32,000 bases of DNA, taken from the sequence record OZ374642.1; one strand, 5' to 3'. Below are positions 7,602 through 16,881 of this stretch, piece after piece. A program made the position numbers and the translations under genes. Each line of letters opens with the position of its first letter. The stretch's first letter is position 1. A model generated the notes under the pieces. The model was not told the DNA's origin and made no database searches. It saw only the letters and a list, made by a program, of their open reading frames with translations.

Positions 7602-9348
7602 AGGTTCTCAATGATAACCTAGACAAAAAAAAGATTATGGACGGAATATCCGAGAAAAACATGGAGGCATGACCGTAGATGTGTTTAAGTCCAAAGGAAA
7701 ACCCGAAAGAATAAAAACTTAGAGAATTGAAACATCTTAGTATCTAAGGAAATAAATCAACCGAGTTTTTGCGAGTAGTGGCGAATGAAAGCAAAATAAA
7801 GACTAAAAGAGTCAAACAAATACGTGAAAACCCCAGAAAGGGTTGCCAAAGAAGGTGAAAGCCCTGTAACCATGGAGTAATACTCCTTTTTGTGACTCCA
7901 AATCAGTAGGGCGGTGAAACATCTGTCTGAACATAGGGGGACCACCCTCTAAGTCTTAAATAACTTTTTTTGATCGATAGCGCACAAGTACCGTGAGGGA
8001 AAGGTGAAATAATCCCTTTTAAAGGGTTTGAAATAGCATAAAATTGAGAATTTACAAGCAGTAGATTAATTAAACAGTTAAGAAATCTACGTACTTCTTG
8101 CATAACGGATCAGCGAGTTAGTTTCTAAAACAGGCCTAAACAATAATGTGTAAGCGAAAAGAAAGTAAACTTTGCCTTTTGGGCAAATAAAAGGTTTTAG
8201 GAAAAAGACCCGAACCTAAGTGATCTAAGTATGAGCAGGTTGAAACTCCATGAAAGTGTAGTGAAGGACCGAACCCACTGTTGTTGCAATACCAGGGGAA
8301 GACTTGTGCTTAGGGGTGAAAGGCCAAACAAACTTAGATCTAGCTGGTTCTCCCCGAAATCTATTGAGGTAGAGCACTTTTTCATTATATCTTATGGGGT
8401 AGAGCACTTCATGGGTGTGGGGGGCGTAAAGCTTTACCATTTCCAAGAAAACTCCGAATACGTACAGATAGAAAAAGAAGACAGGCTCTGGGCGCAAAGG
8501 TGCAGAGCCGAGAGGGAAACAGCCCAGACTATCAGCTAAGGTCTTTAATCTCTTTCTTAGTGGGAAAGGAACGATATGTGCAAAATCAACTTTGAGGTGG
8601 GCTTAGAGGCAGCCATCCCGTTAAGGAAAGCGTAACAGCTCATTGATTTAGCCGTGGTCGACCAAAAATGTAACGAGTCTCAAGAAAGAAACCGAAGCTA
8701 TAGATATAGGATCAAGAATCCTATGTGGTAGGGGAGCGTTGTGTGTATCGTAGACCTTTATTCTCAAGAATATAAGGAAGATCTCACAAGTGACTATGCT
8801 GATATGAGTAACGTAAAATCATGTGAAATACATGATCACCGAAACTTCAAGGTTTTCTACGCATTGTGAATCAGCGTAGAGTAAAACGGCCCCTAAGATG
8901 AAAAAGGACCCGAAAGGGTATGTCGATGGGAATGTATCTTGAAAGATTCACGAGAGATTCTTTCTTCTTTCGTTGGAGAAAAGTTGGAAGAAATTAAGTG
9001 AACTGGAAAAATCAAGATAATAAAACCGTACTGGAAACCGCCACTGGTGAAGGAGTAGAAATCTACAAAGGTGATCGAAAGAACCATTTTTAAGGAACTC
9101 GGCAAAATGACCCCGTAACTTAGGAAGAAGGGGGACCTTAACTAATTTTAAATTATTAAGGTGGCACGAAATCGGGGGTAGCAACTGTTTACCAAAAACA
9201 CAAGACTTTGCTAAGTTGTAAAACGCTGTATAAGGTCTGACACCTGCCCGGTGCTGCAAACTTAAGGGGAAAGGTGAAATCCTTTATGGATGGAGCTTGG
9301 AACTTATTGTTCAGTAAACGGCGGTCGTAACTCTAACGATCCTAAGGT
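7602..9348 (+). rRNA. rnl: large-subunit (23S-like) rRNA, exon 1 (5' end approximate, +/-30 nt)
   Basis: Conserved 23S blocks are present: GAATTGAAACATCTTAGTA...AATCAACCGAG...GTAGTGGCGA (domain I), GACCGAACCCACTGTTG, GATCTAGCTGGTTCTCCCCGAAAT, and CTGCCCGGTGCTG...GTAAACGGCGGTCGTAACTCTAACGATCCTAAGGT (helix 69 region). The exon ends at the equivalent of E. coli U1931. Confidence 0.93.
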
Positions 9349-9994
9349 GAATTACGTTGCCTTAGTAAAACCGGACCATATGCTGGAACATCCTCAAAAA
9401 CTTCGATCTACTCGTTTAATCTTTATATTAAGCAGTAAAAATGATCAAGACAGGGGGACAATGAGCAGGAAAGACTTTTAATATTTTAAAAGAATCCTCA
9501 GAGACTTTATGTCCGGAAGATACGAAAATGAATTTACATCCTAGATGGGTAGTAGGTTTTGTAGATGGCGAAGGATGTTTCCATATCGGTATCTCAAAGA
9601 ATTCTACAATGAAAAACGGTATTCAGGTTTTGCCTGAATTCGTAGTTACTCAGCATAAAAGAGATGTGCAAGTGCTTTATGGTTTAAAAGCCTTCTTTAA
9701 ATGTGGCATTGTACGTCATGAAAAACCAGATATTCTTTGTTTCCGGGTGCGAGAACGAAAAGCACTCGAGACAATTATTATACCTTTTTTCGAGAAACAT
9801 AAATTGAAAACGAGAAAACGTCAGGATTTCCTGAAGTTTCGTCGTGTTTTAAAGATGATGTCAGAAGGCTTGCATTTAAGCACAGAGGGTATAAACGAAA
9901 TTCGAATCTTAAGAGAAAGTCCGTCCACTAAGGAAACTTAAGTGGGGCTTGTACCTATATAATCGTATAAGATAAATCTTAGGTATGTTAAACG
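9349..9994 (+). mobile_element. group I intron at LSU rRNA site 1931 (E. coli numbering) carrying a homing-endonuclease ORF
   Basis: Removing 9349-9994 restores the universal sequence CGATCCTAAGGT|AGCGAAATTCCTTGTC. The 5' exon ends in T and the intron ends in G. Core elements: P ATGCTGGAA (9380-9388), Q AATGAGCAGG (9460-9469), R TCCTCAGAGACTTTA (9495-9509), S AAGATAAATCT (9969-9979), P3 CCGGAC (9371-9376) / GTCCGG (9511-9516). Confidence 0.9.
9528..9941 (+). CDS. LAGLIDADG homing endonuclease, single-motif (homodimer) type, intron-encoded
   Basis: 137-aa ORF between the R and S core elements (P8 loop). LAGLIDADG motif in WVVGFVDGEGCFHIGI. Family-typical blocks FVVTQHKRDVQVLYGLKAFF and IIPFFEKHKLKTRKRQDFLKF. 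ATG start, TAA stop. Confidence 0.85.
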   Translation: MNLHPRWVVGFVDGEGCFHIGISKNSTMKNGIQVLPEFVVTQHKRDVQVLYGLKAFFKCGIVRHEKPDILCFRVRERKALETIIIPFFEKHKLKTRKRQDFLKFRRVLKMMSEGLHLSTEGINEIRILRESPSTKET

Positions 9995-10925
9995 AGCGAA
10001 ATTCCTTGTCCACTAATTATGGACCTGCATGAATGGTGTAATGACTGCCCCGCTGTCTCAAAAATGGATTCGGTGAAATTGAATTCTCCGTGAAGATGCG
10101 GAGTATAAGTGCCTAGACGGGAAGACCCTGTGCTTCTTTACTATAACCTTTCATTGAAACCTGGTCTCTCTTGTGTAGCATAAGTGGGAGTTTCTTAAAA
10201 ACTTCGGTTTTTAAGAGACATCAGTGAAATACCACTCTGGATTTACTGGGAATCTTACCTTTTTAAGAAAAAGGGACATTGAATGGTGGGTAGTTTGACT
10301 GGGGTGGTCGCCTCCCAAAGTGTAACGGAGGTGTGCGAAGGTAGGTTTGATTGGATTGGAAACCCTTTCTAAAGTGTAACGACAAAAACTTGCTTGACTG
10401 CGAGATAGACATATCGAGCAGGGACGAAAGTCGGCCGTAGTGATCCGGGAGTCCTTCGTGGAAAGGCTCTCGCTCAACGAATCAAAGAAACGCCAGGGAT
10501 AACAGGCTAATACCTCCCAAGAGTTCATATCGACGGAGTTGTTTGGCACCTCGATGTTGATTCATTGCGTCCTGGAGGTGAAGAAGCTTCCAAGGGTTCG
10601 GCTGTTCGCCGATTAAAGCAGTACGTGAGTTGAGTTCAGAACGTCGTGAGACAGTTCGGTTCCTATCTAGCATTTATAGTGAAAAATTAAAAGGTTTTCT
10701 CTCTAGTACGAGAGGATCGAGATTAAGCTGACCTCTGGTTTACCGGTTGTATTGCCTAATGCATCGCCGGCTCGCTACGTCTGTATGAATAACTGCTGAA
10801 AGCATCTAAGCGGGAAGTCATCCTTTAAACTTATTTTTACTACCGTAGAAGACTACTACGTTGATAGGCAAGAACCTATTCTTTAGTAATAAAGACTTTT
10901 TCTTGTACTAATTAAAAAAACAAAA
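9995..10925 (+). rRNA. rnl: large-subunit (23S-like) rRNA, exon 2 (3' end approximate, +/-30 nt)
   Basis: Starts AGCGAAATTCCTTGTCCACTAATTATGGACCTGCATGAATGG. Contains peptidyl-transferase-centre blocks GACGGGAAGACCC, GGATAACAGGCTAATACC, GTTTGGCACCTCGATGT, AGTACGAGAGGA and the 3' CTGAAAGCATCTAAGCGGGAAG...GTTGATAGGC...GTACTAAT. Confidence 0.93.
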
Positions 10926-10944
10926 ATACATTCTTTTTACTTTA

Positions 10945-10987
10945 TTGGAATAAATCCAACTTTAATATAAAGTTGGATTTACTCCAA
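10945..10987. repeat. 43-nt near-perfect palindrome made of two inverted family A elements
   Basis: Arms TTGGAATAAATCCAACTTTA (10945-10964) and TAAAGTTGGATTTACTCCAA (10968-10987), matching at 19 of 20 positions, with loop ATA. Lies just past the rnl 3' end. Confidence 0.9.
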
Positions 10988-11250
10988 TTTCGGTATTCTG
11001 GATGTAGGCTTATCTTGTTGGGTATTCGATAAAGGGGTATTCGCCCCTCTCATACTCTTTATAAGTTTTTTCTTATAGTGATCCAAATTCATCAAGATAA
11101 AGATCGGTCTATTCCGCGTGAGTCGTTGAGAATAACCAAAAAACAATGGAGTATTTGTTGGCGTATTCGCTACTCTTATACTCTCATCCTTTTGCATGAA
11201 AAGAGCGGAAGCTCATCAAGCAAAAAATTTAAAAAAGATAAAAACACAAA

Positions 11251-12669
11251 ATGAAGGCAAAGAATAAAGCTTTTGTTAGCGGTATTTTACCTCGCCTACC
11301 TTTTCTAAATGATTTAATCTCGAAAGTTTCTTCGGGATCAAATACACTTCCAAAACCTATGGAGATGCTTTTATCTCAAAAAGGCCCTGCGTATGATCTT
11401 ATGTCTAACGAAGATCGTATTCAAATGGAAAGAAAAGAATTGGCAAAAAGATTTGTAAAGGCTGATAACCTTTATGATCCGAAACTTCTTCAAGATCGTG
11501 AAAAGACAGGATCTAAGAGACTTTCGGTGCTTAACCAACCAGGTCTATCTCTAGTGACAGACCACTTAATCGATTACCCAGCTCCTATTAATATTAACTA
11601 TTTCTGGAGTTTTGGTTCATTAGCAGGAATTTGCTTAGGAGTTCAGATCGCAACAGGTATTTTCCTAGCAATGCACTATACACCTCACGTGGATCTTGCT
11701 TTCTTAAGTGTGGAGCACATTATGCGTGATGTTGAAGGAGGTTGGCTTCTTCGATATCTTCACGCGAATGGGGCAAGTATGTTCTTTATCATGGTGTATA
11801 TTCACATGTTCCGTGGACTATACTACGCTAGTTATGTAAGTCCAAGAGAGGCAGTTTGGTGCTTAGGAGTTGTTATCCTTCTTCTAATGATTCTAACAGC
11901 CTTTATTGGTTATGTTCTACCTTGGGGACAAATGAGTTTCTGGGGAGCTACTGTTATTACATCATTAGCAAGTGCAATTCCCGTTGTAGGTAACTCTATC
12001 GTTACTTGGTTATGGGGAGGATTCTCTGTAGATAACGCAACATTAAACCGTTTCTTCAGTTTACACTATCTTCTTCCATTTATCATTGCAGGTGCTTCTA
12101 TTGTACACATCGCTGCTCTTCACCAATATGGTTCTAATAACCCTCTTGGTCTTGATGCTTCTGTTGACAAAATGAGCTTCTATCCTTACTGCTTTGTGAA
12201 AGACCTTGTTGCTTGGGTTTCATTTGGTGTGTTCTTCTCAGTTTTCGTGTATTTTGCACCAAACTTCTTAGGACACCCTGATAACTACATCCCTGCAAAC
12301 CCTATGTCTACTCCGGCTCACATCGTACCTGAGTGGTATTTCCTATGGGTTTATGCTATCTTAAGAAGTATTCCTAACAAACTTGGAGGTGTTGCAGCTA
12401 TCGGCCTTGTATTCGCATGCCTATTAGCTTTACCATTCTTACAAACAAGTGAAGTTAGAAGTTCTCTATTCCGCCCTATCCACAAAAAGCTATTCTGGCT
12501 TCTATTAGCTGACTGCTTAATCCTAGGATGGATCGGTATGAAACCAGTTGAAACACCTTACGTTGAAGTAGGGCAAATCGCATCTGTATACTTCTTTGTA
12601 CACTTCCTTGTATTTGTTCCAATTCTTGGACGCCTAGAAGCGAAGTATTCAAGAAGTTTAGCTTCATAA
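11251..12669 (+). CDS. cob: apocytochrome b with an N-terminal extension of about 85 aa
   Basis: 472-aa ORF. From residue ~90 ([37 protein letters not shown]...) it is canonical and very plant-like COB ([49 protein letters not shown]). The start at 11251 is the first ATG, behind an A-rich leader. The true start is uncertain. Confidence 0.95.
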   Translation: MKAKNKAFVSGILPRLPFLNDLISKVSSGSNTLPKPMEMLLSQKGPAYDLMSNEDRIQMERKELAKRFVKADNLYDPKLLQDREKTGSKRLSVLNQPGLSLVTDHLIDYPAPININYFWSFGSLAGICLGVQIATGIFLAMHYTPHVDLAFLSVEHIMRDVEGGWLLRYLHANGASMFFIMVYIHMFRGLYYASYVSPREAVWCLGVVILLLMILTAFIGYVLPWGQMSFWGATVITSLASAIPVVGNSIVTWLWGGFSVDNATLNRFFSLHYLLPFIIAGASIVHIAALHQYGSNNPLGLDASVDKMSFYPYCFVKDLVAWVSFGVFFSVFVYFAPNFLGHPDNYIPANPMSTPAHIVPEWYFLWVYAILRSIPNKLGGVAAIGLVFACLLALPFLQTSEVRSSLFRPIHKKLFWLLLADCLILGWIGMKPVETPYVEVGQIASVYFFVHFLVFVPILGRLEAKYSRSLAS

Positions 12670-12677
12670 GAATTAAC

Positions 12678-12692
12678 TTGGATTTATTCCAA
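12678..12692 (+). repeat. family A hairpin element TTGGATTTATTCCAA
   Basis: 8 nt after the cob stop, followed by CCATGT. A degenerate copy, TTTGAATTATTCCAA, lies near 12734. Confidence 0.9.
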
Positions 12693-12794
12693 CCATGTAT
12701 ATAAAAGAGTTTCCCCCGTTATATCCACTAATATTTGAATTATTCCAATTAGGTGGCAGGGGGGTGACTATTTATTTATTTTATAAAATTTACT

Positions 12795-13178
12795 ATGCCT
12801 ACTACGAACCAACTTCTCCGTAATAAGAGAAAAGATGTTAAAAAAGGACGAGGACGCCTTTTAGGTTTACAAGGATCTCCAACTCGAAAAGGGGTTTGTA
12901 TGAGAGTCTTTACAAGAACACCTAAAAAACCTAATTCTGCTTTACGAAAGCTTGCGAAGGTCCGCTTAACTTCAGGTGCACAAGTCTTTGCTTATATTCC
13001 TGGTGAAGGGCATAAACTTCAAGAGCACTCTGTAGTTTGTGTTCGTGGAGGTCGTGTAAAAGATCTCCCTGGCGTGAAATATCATTGCGTTAGGGGATTA
13101 TATGATCTAGGAAGCCTTCCGCAGCGACGACAAAGACGTTCAAAATACGGAACAAAGAAACCTAAAGACGAAAGTTAA
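12795..13178 (+). CDS. rps12: ribosomal protein S12
   Basis: 127-aa ORF with [30 protein letters not shown] and [25 protein letters not shown]. Confidence 0.97.
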   Translation: MPTTNQLLRNKRKDVKKGRGRLLGLQGSPTRKGVCMRVFTRTPKKPNSALRKLAKVRLTSGAQVFAYIPGEGHKLQEHSVVCVRGGRVKDLPGVKYHCVRGLYDLGSLPQRRQRRSKYGTKKPKDES

Positions 13179-13192
13179 TAAGATAATTGTCA

Positions 13193-13744
13193 ATGAGTCA
13201 AACAAAAAGAAAAAAGGATACACTTAGAACTTGGGTATTCCAGGATTTTCCTTCTAATAATACCCAAGGGAAAGAAGACTTAGTTCGTTTTATACGCTTA
13301 TCTATGAGAGATGGTAAATTAACCAAAGCTTATAAAAACGTAGAGAAGGCATTCTTTTCTATGAAGTCTGACCCTAGGTGGCCCCGTGGTGAAAACTCTG
13401 AGCCAATGTCTACATTAGATTTCTTTGAGCGTGTTGTAGATTTAGCTTCCCCTCTAGTCAGTCTGCGGCCTGTAGTTGTAAAAGGTACAGTCTACCAAGT
13501 CCCAGGACCGATTAATAGAGAAAAAAGTAGAGGCCTAGGCCTTAGATGGCTTCTTGAAGGTGCTCGCCGAAACAGCTTTAATAAATGTGCATTTAAAGAA
13601 GGCTTATCACGCGAACTTTTTGATGTGTATTCCAAAACCGGATATGCATATACGAAACGTTTAGAAGTTCATAAACTTGCTGAGGAGAATAGACCTTTCT
13701 CTCATTTCCGTTGGTGGTATCGAACCAAAGGGTCTAAGAAATAA
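13193..13744 (+). CDS. rps7: ribosomal protein S7
   Basis: Begins at the first ATG (13193); the ORF-track start at 13187 is TTG. S7-like SMRDGKLTKAYKNVEKAF and VKGTVYQVPGPI. Lies 14 nt after rps12, as in the str operon. Confidence 0.88.
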   Translation: MSQTKRKKDTLRTWVFQDFPSNNTQGKEDLVRFIRLSMRDGKLTKAYKNVEKAFFSMKSDPRWPRGENSEPMSTLDFFERVVDLASPLVSLRPVVVKGTVYQVPGPINREKSRGLGLRWLLEGARRNSFNKCAFKEGLSRELFDVYSKTGYAYTKRLEVHKLAEENRPFSHFRWWYRTKGSKK

Positions 13745-13800
13745 GGTTTCTTCGGCATTTTTATCAATGTTCATTATGAATGCTTTAAAAGTATTTATGA

Positions 13801-13828
13801 GAAAGAAAAGAAATAAATCTTTTCTTCC
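13801..13828 (+). repeat. hairpin GAAAGAAAAGA-AATAAA-TCTTTTCTTCC
   Basis: 10 of 11 stem positions pair. The loop AATAAA is the same type as in families A and B. Located in the rps7-nad9 spacer. Confidence 0.75.
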
Positions 13829-13872
13829 TGTTTTTAAGGTTGGTCAAATTTAATATTCATTCCACTAAGTAT

Positions 13873-14448
13873 ATGAAATCATTTCTTCATAATCTTATGC
13901 TAACAGTTCCTGGTTTAGTTCAGGAAATTCACGTGCAAAAAAATGAAGGTACAATCATCGTTGAACCTGAGAACGTAAAAGAGATTCTAACCTTCTTACG
14001 AGATCATACTTCATGTCAATATAAACTTCTTATTGAGCTTTGTGGTGCAGATTACCCTTCTAAAGAAAGACGCTTTGAGGTTGTTTATGAACTATTAAGT
14101 GTTTCTTCTAACGCACGTATTCGTGTCAAAACTCGCGTTGATGAGTATAAAGGTGTTTCGTCTGTTACTTCAATCTTTAGTAACGCAGGATGGGCCGAGC
14201 GAGAAGCTTGGGATCTTTATGGGATTTTCTTCCAGGATCACCCAGATCTTCGTAGAATTCTTACAGACTACGGTTTCGAAGGATATCCTCTACGTAAAGA
14301 CTTCCCTCTAAGTGGGTTTACAGAAGTTCGTTATGATGAATCAAACAAACGAGTTATCTATGAGCCACTAGAAATGCCTCAAGAATTCAGGAGCTTTGAT
14401 TTACAGTCTCCATGGAACCCTCTGGTGCACACAGAGGATAAAAGCTAA
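13873..14448 (+). CDS. nad9: NADH dehydrogenase subunit 9 (30-kDa / NuoC)
   Basis: Begins at the first ATG (13873); the ORF-track start at 13840 is TTG. NuoC blocks LIELCGADYPSKERRFEVVYELLS, NAGWAEREAWDLYGIFFQDHPDLRRILTDYGFEGYPLRKDFPLSG. Confidence 0.95.
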   Translation: MKSFLHNLMLTVPGLVQEIHVQKNEGTIIVEPENVKEILTFLRDHTSCQYKLLIELCGADYPSKERRFEVVYELLSVSSNARIRVKTRVDEYKGVSSVTSIFSNAGWAEREAWDLYGIFFQDHPDLRRILTDYGFEGYPLRKDFPLSGFTEVRYDESNKRVIYEPLEMPQEFRSFDLQSPWNPLVHTEDKS

Positions 14449-14489
14449 TTGGGATATATGCGGAGGTTATACTCCATCCACCGATAATT

Positions 14490-14508
14490 TATCTTATTTT
14501 ATAAGATA
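14490..14508. repeat. family B-type hairpin TATCTTAT-TTT-ATAAGATA
   Basis: 8-bp stem in the nad9-atp1 spacer. Confidence 0.8.
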
Positions 14509-14537
14509 TAAGGGGGAAATTACGAAATCCCTTTAAA

Positions 14538-14561
14538 ATGGGGTACTCGCTACTCTCTTAG
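14538..14561 (+). repeat. family C element ATGGGGTACTCGCTACTCTCTTAG
   Basis: 24 of 24 nt identical to the reverse complement of 3452-3475. Confidence 0.9.
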
Positions 14562-14596
14562 CAAATAAATAAATTTTAAAGGTACACGATTCTTTG

Positions 14597-14611
14597 TTGG
14601 GTTTATTCCAA
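14597..14611 (+). repeat. family A hairpin element, variant TTGGGTTTATTCCAA
   Basis: One substitution in the stem. Located in the nad9-atp1 spacer. Confidence 0.85.
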
Positions 14612-14683
14612 TTTTGTATCTTTTAAAACACCGTTTTTTAAGGATGTTGAAAAGAAAATAAAAGTAATTAAAAAAAGATCCAA

Positions 14684-16219
14684 ATGAGATCAGGAGGAAG
14701 CGAATTCTCTAAATTATTAGAAAAGCGTATCTCTGACTACTATGTAGAACTTAAATACGAAGAAGTAGGTCGAGTTCTTTCAGTAGGAGATGGTATCGCC
14801 CGTGTATACGGTTTAAAAAACATTCAGGCTGGAGAAATGGTTGAGTTCTCTAGCGGTATCAAAGGAATGGCACTTAACCTAGAAAACCAAGCAGTTGGAG
14901 TAGTTGTATTCGGTAACGATACACTTATTCTTGAAGGTGATCTAGTTAAGCGTACAGGTTCTATTGTTGACGTTTCAGTCGGTAAAGGTCTTCTAGGCCG
15001 TGTTGTAGACGCCCTAGGAAACCCTATTGATGGTAAAGGTCCTCTGAAGGACGTAGAACGTTCTCGTGTTGAGGTAAAAGCCCCAGGGATTCTAGCACGT
15101 CAACCAGTTACAGAGCCAGTTCAAACAGGACTAAAAGTTGTTGATAGTCTAGTTCCAATCGGACGTGGTCAGCGTGAGCTTATCATTGGTGACCGTCAGA
15201 CAGGAAAAACAGCAGTTGCTATCGATACAATCCTAAACCAAAAGGAAGCTTTTGAGGCAGGTGACACTACAAAACAACTATATTGTGTTTATGTAGCTAT
15301 TGGACAGAAACGTTCAACAGTTGCACACTTATCAAGAAGTTTAGCAGAAGCAGGAGCAATGGATTACTCAGTAATCGTCGCTGCAACAGCATCTGACCCA
15401 GCTCCTTTACAGTTCTTAGCACCTTATTCAGGTTCTGCTATCGCTGAATACTTCCGTGACAACGGAATGCACGCCTTAATCATCTTTGATGACTTAAGTA
15501 AGCAGGCAACTGCATATCGTCAGATGTCTCTTCTTCTACGTAGACCCCCAGGTCGTGAGGCGTATCCAGGAGATGTTTTCTATCTACACTCTCGTTTATT
15601 AGAGCGTGCAGCAAAACTATCTGATGATGAAGGTGCAGGTTCTCTAACAGCACTTCCTGTTATTGAAACACAAGCGGGTGACGTTTCTGCATATATCCCA
15701 ACAAACGTGATTTCTATTACAGATGGTCAGATCTTCCTAGAAACTGAACTATTCTACAAAGGAATCCGTCCAGCTCTAAACGTAGGACTTTCTGTTAGTC
15801 GTGTTGGATCTGCAGCTCAGGTGAAAGCTATGAAGCAGGTTGGTGGTACACTTAAGCTTACTCTAGCTCAGTACCGTGAAGTTGCCGCTTTCGCTCAGTT
15901 TGGTTCAGACCTTGATGCAGCTACACAATTCACACTAAAACGTGGTGAAAGACTTACAGAACTTCTAAAGCAAGGTCAGTACTGTCCTCTGCCATTCGAA
16001 GTACAAGTTCTTGTTATCTACGCAGGAACAAAAGGTTACCTTGACAAACTTGAAATTTCAGACATCGCAGCATATGAAGAAGGTCTTGTGAAAAACGCAG
16101 ACGCTGGTCTTCTAAGCCGTATCCATAAGGAGAAGGCTCTTTCAGACGAGCTAATGGGTGCCGTTGATTCATATGTGAAAGATTACACAGAAACATTTGT
16201 TAACAGCCTTCAGTCATAA
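14684..16219 (+). CDS. atp1: F1 ATP synthase alpha subunit
   Basis: 511-aa ORF. Walker [16 protein letters not shown], plus [46 protein letters not shown] and ITDGQIFLE. Confidence 0.98.
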   Translation: MRSGGSEFSKLLEKRISDYYVELKYEEVGRVLSVGDGIARVYGLKNIQAGEMVEFSSGIKGMALNLENQAVGVVVFGNDTLILEGDLVKRTGSIVDVSVGKGLLGRVVDALGNPIDGKGPLKDVERSRVEVKAPGILARQPVTEPVQTGLKVVDSLVPIGRGQRELIIGDRQTGKTAVAIDTILNQKEAFEAGDTTKQLYCVYVAIGQKRSTVAHLSRSLAEAGAMDYSVIVAATASDPAPLQFLAPYSGSAIAEYFRDNGMHALIIFDDLSKQATAYRQMSLLLRRPPGREAYPGDVFYLHSRLLERAAKLSDDEGAGSLTALPVIETQAGDVSAYIPTNVISITDGQIFLETELFYKGIRPALNVGLSVSRVGSAAQVKAMKQVGGTLKLTLAQYREVAAFAQFGSDLDAATQFTLKRGERLTELLKQGQYCPLPFEVQVLVIYAGTKGYLDKLEISDIAAYEEGLVKNADAGLLSRIHKEKALSDELMGAVDSYVKDYTETFVNSLQS

Positions 16220-16241
16220 AGAGAGAATTTATTCTTTCAAC

Positions 16242-16256
16242 TTGGATTTATTCCAA
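16242..16256 (+). repeat. family A hairpin element TTGGATTTATTCCAA
   Basis: 22 nt after the atp1 stop. The flanking C/G extends the stem to 6 bp. Followed by GTACGT. Confidence 0.9.
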
Positions 16257-16304
16257 GTACGTAAGTCAACGGGTGTCTCATAAACATCCGTTGCGACTAA
16301 AATA

Positions 16305-16379
16305 GGGGAAGTAACTCAGTTTGGTTAGAGTGTCGGCCTGTCACGCCGGAAGCCGCGGGTTCGAGTCCCGTCTTTCCCG
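16305..16379 (+). tRNA. trnD(guc): tRNA-Asp (anticodon GUC)
   Basis: Acceptor GGGGAAG/CTTTCCC, anticodon arm TCGGC-CTGTCAC-GCCGG, T arm GCGGG-TTCGAGT-CCCGT. 75 nt. Confidence 0.92.
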
Positions 16380-16415
16380 ATTTATAAAGGATATCCTCAG
16401 GTTTTACCTGAATTG

Positions 16416-16466
16416 AACGGTAAAAAATAAGATAAAACTTAAGATTTATCTTATATGATAACCGTT
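16416..16466. repeat. nested hairpin: outer stem AACGGT/ACCGTT enclosing family B core TAAGATTTATCTTA (16440-16453) and a half copy ATAAGATAAAA
   Basis: Read directly. Located in the trnD-nad3 spacer. Confidence 0.85.
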
Positions 16467-16518
16467 ATTAAGACATAAAAGTCTTTATTCTTATCCGAAC
16501 CTTTTTGTATTATAAAAT

Positions 16519-16872
16519 ATGACCGAATTTTTTCCCATTTTTATTTTCTTAATTATCAGCTTAGGACTTTCACTTATCCTTGTTGGTATTCCTTTCATTG
16601 TAGCTCCTCAAAAAGCTGACCCTGAAAAGATCTCTGCTTATGAGTGTGGATTTGATCCTTTCGATGATGCTCGAGGGAAATTTGATATTCGTTTCTACTT
16701 GGTTGCTATTTTATTTATTATCTTCGACTTAGAAGTTAGTTTTCTATTCCCTTGGTCTCTTGTACTAGGAGAGATTAACTTCTTTGGGTTTTGGACTATG
16801 ATCTTCTTCCTACTCATCCTAACCTTAGGTTTTGTGTATGAGTGGAAAAAAGGTGCTTTAGATTGGGAATAA
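16519..16872 (+). CDS. nad3: NADH dehydrogenase subunit 3
   Basis: 117-aa ORF with KISAYECGFDPFDDARGKFDIRFYLVAILFIIFDLEVSFLFPW and YEWKKGALDWE. Confidence 0.96.
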   Translation: MTEFFPIFIFLIISLGLSLILVGIPFIVAPQKADPEKISAYECGFDPFDDARGKFDIRFYLVAILFIIFDLEVSFLFPWSLVLGEINFFGFWTMIFFLLILTLGFVYEWKKGALDWE

Positions 16873-16881
16873 TTTTTAATA

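Noticed and set aside
9290-9481. Plus-strand ORF of 63 aa spanning the rnl exon 1 / intron boundary
   Set aside because: It begins in conserved rRNA exon sequence and runs across the intron P3-P6 core. It is not in frame with, or connected to, the LAGLIDADG ORF.
9968-9981. TAAGATAAATCTTA inside the intron, looking like a family B repeat copy
   Set aside because: It coincides with the group I S element (AAGATA...) and the 3' strand of P7, which pairs with the R element AGACTTTA. It is most simply intron core rather than an inserted repeat.
7757-10673. ORF-track entries 7757..7945, 7903..8103, 8197..8385, 8225..8497, 8231..8539, 8893..9105, 8948..9259, 10211..10549 and 10482..10673
   Set aside because: All lie inside universally conserved 23S-like rRNA sequence (rnl exons). 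They have no protein-like motifs and are mostly on the otherwise gene-free minus strand.
10979-11197. Minus-strand ORF of 72 aa in the rnl-cob spacer
   Set aside because: It would be the only ORF outside known genes on the minus strand. Its sequence (two ANTP stretches) is generated by the GTATTCGC direct repeats, and I recognise no homology. The region is treated as non-coding and discussed under findings.
13187-13872. ORF-track starts at TTG for rps7 (13187) and nad9 (13840)
   Set aside because: All other genes in the window start with ATG. In-frame ATGs follow at 13193 and 13873 without loss of conserved sequence, so the ATG starts were preferred. The TTG starts cannot be strictly excluded.
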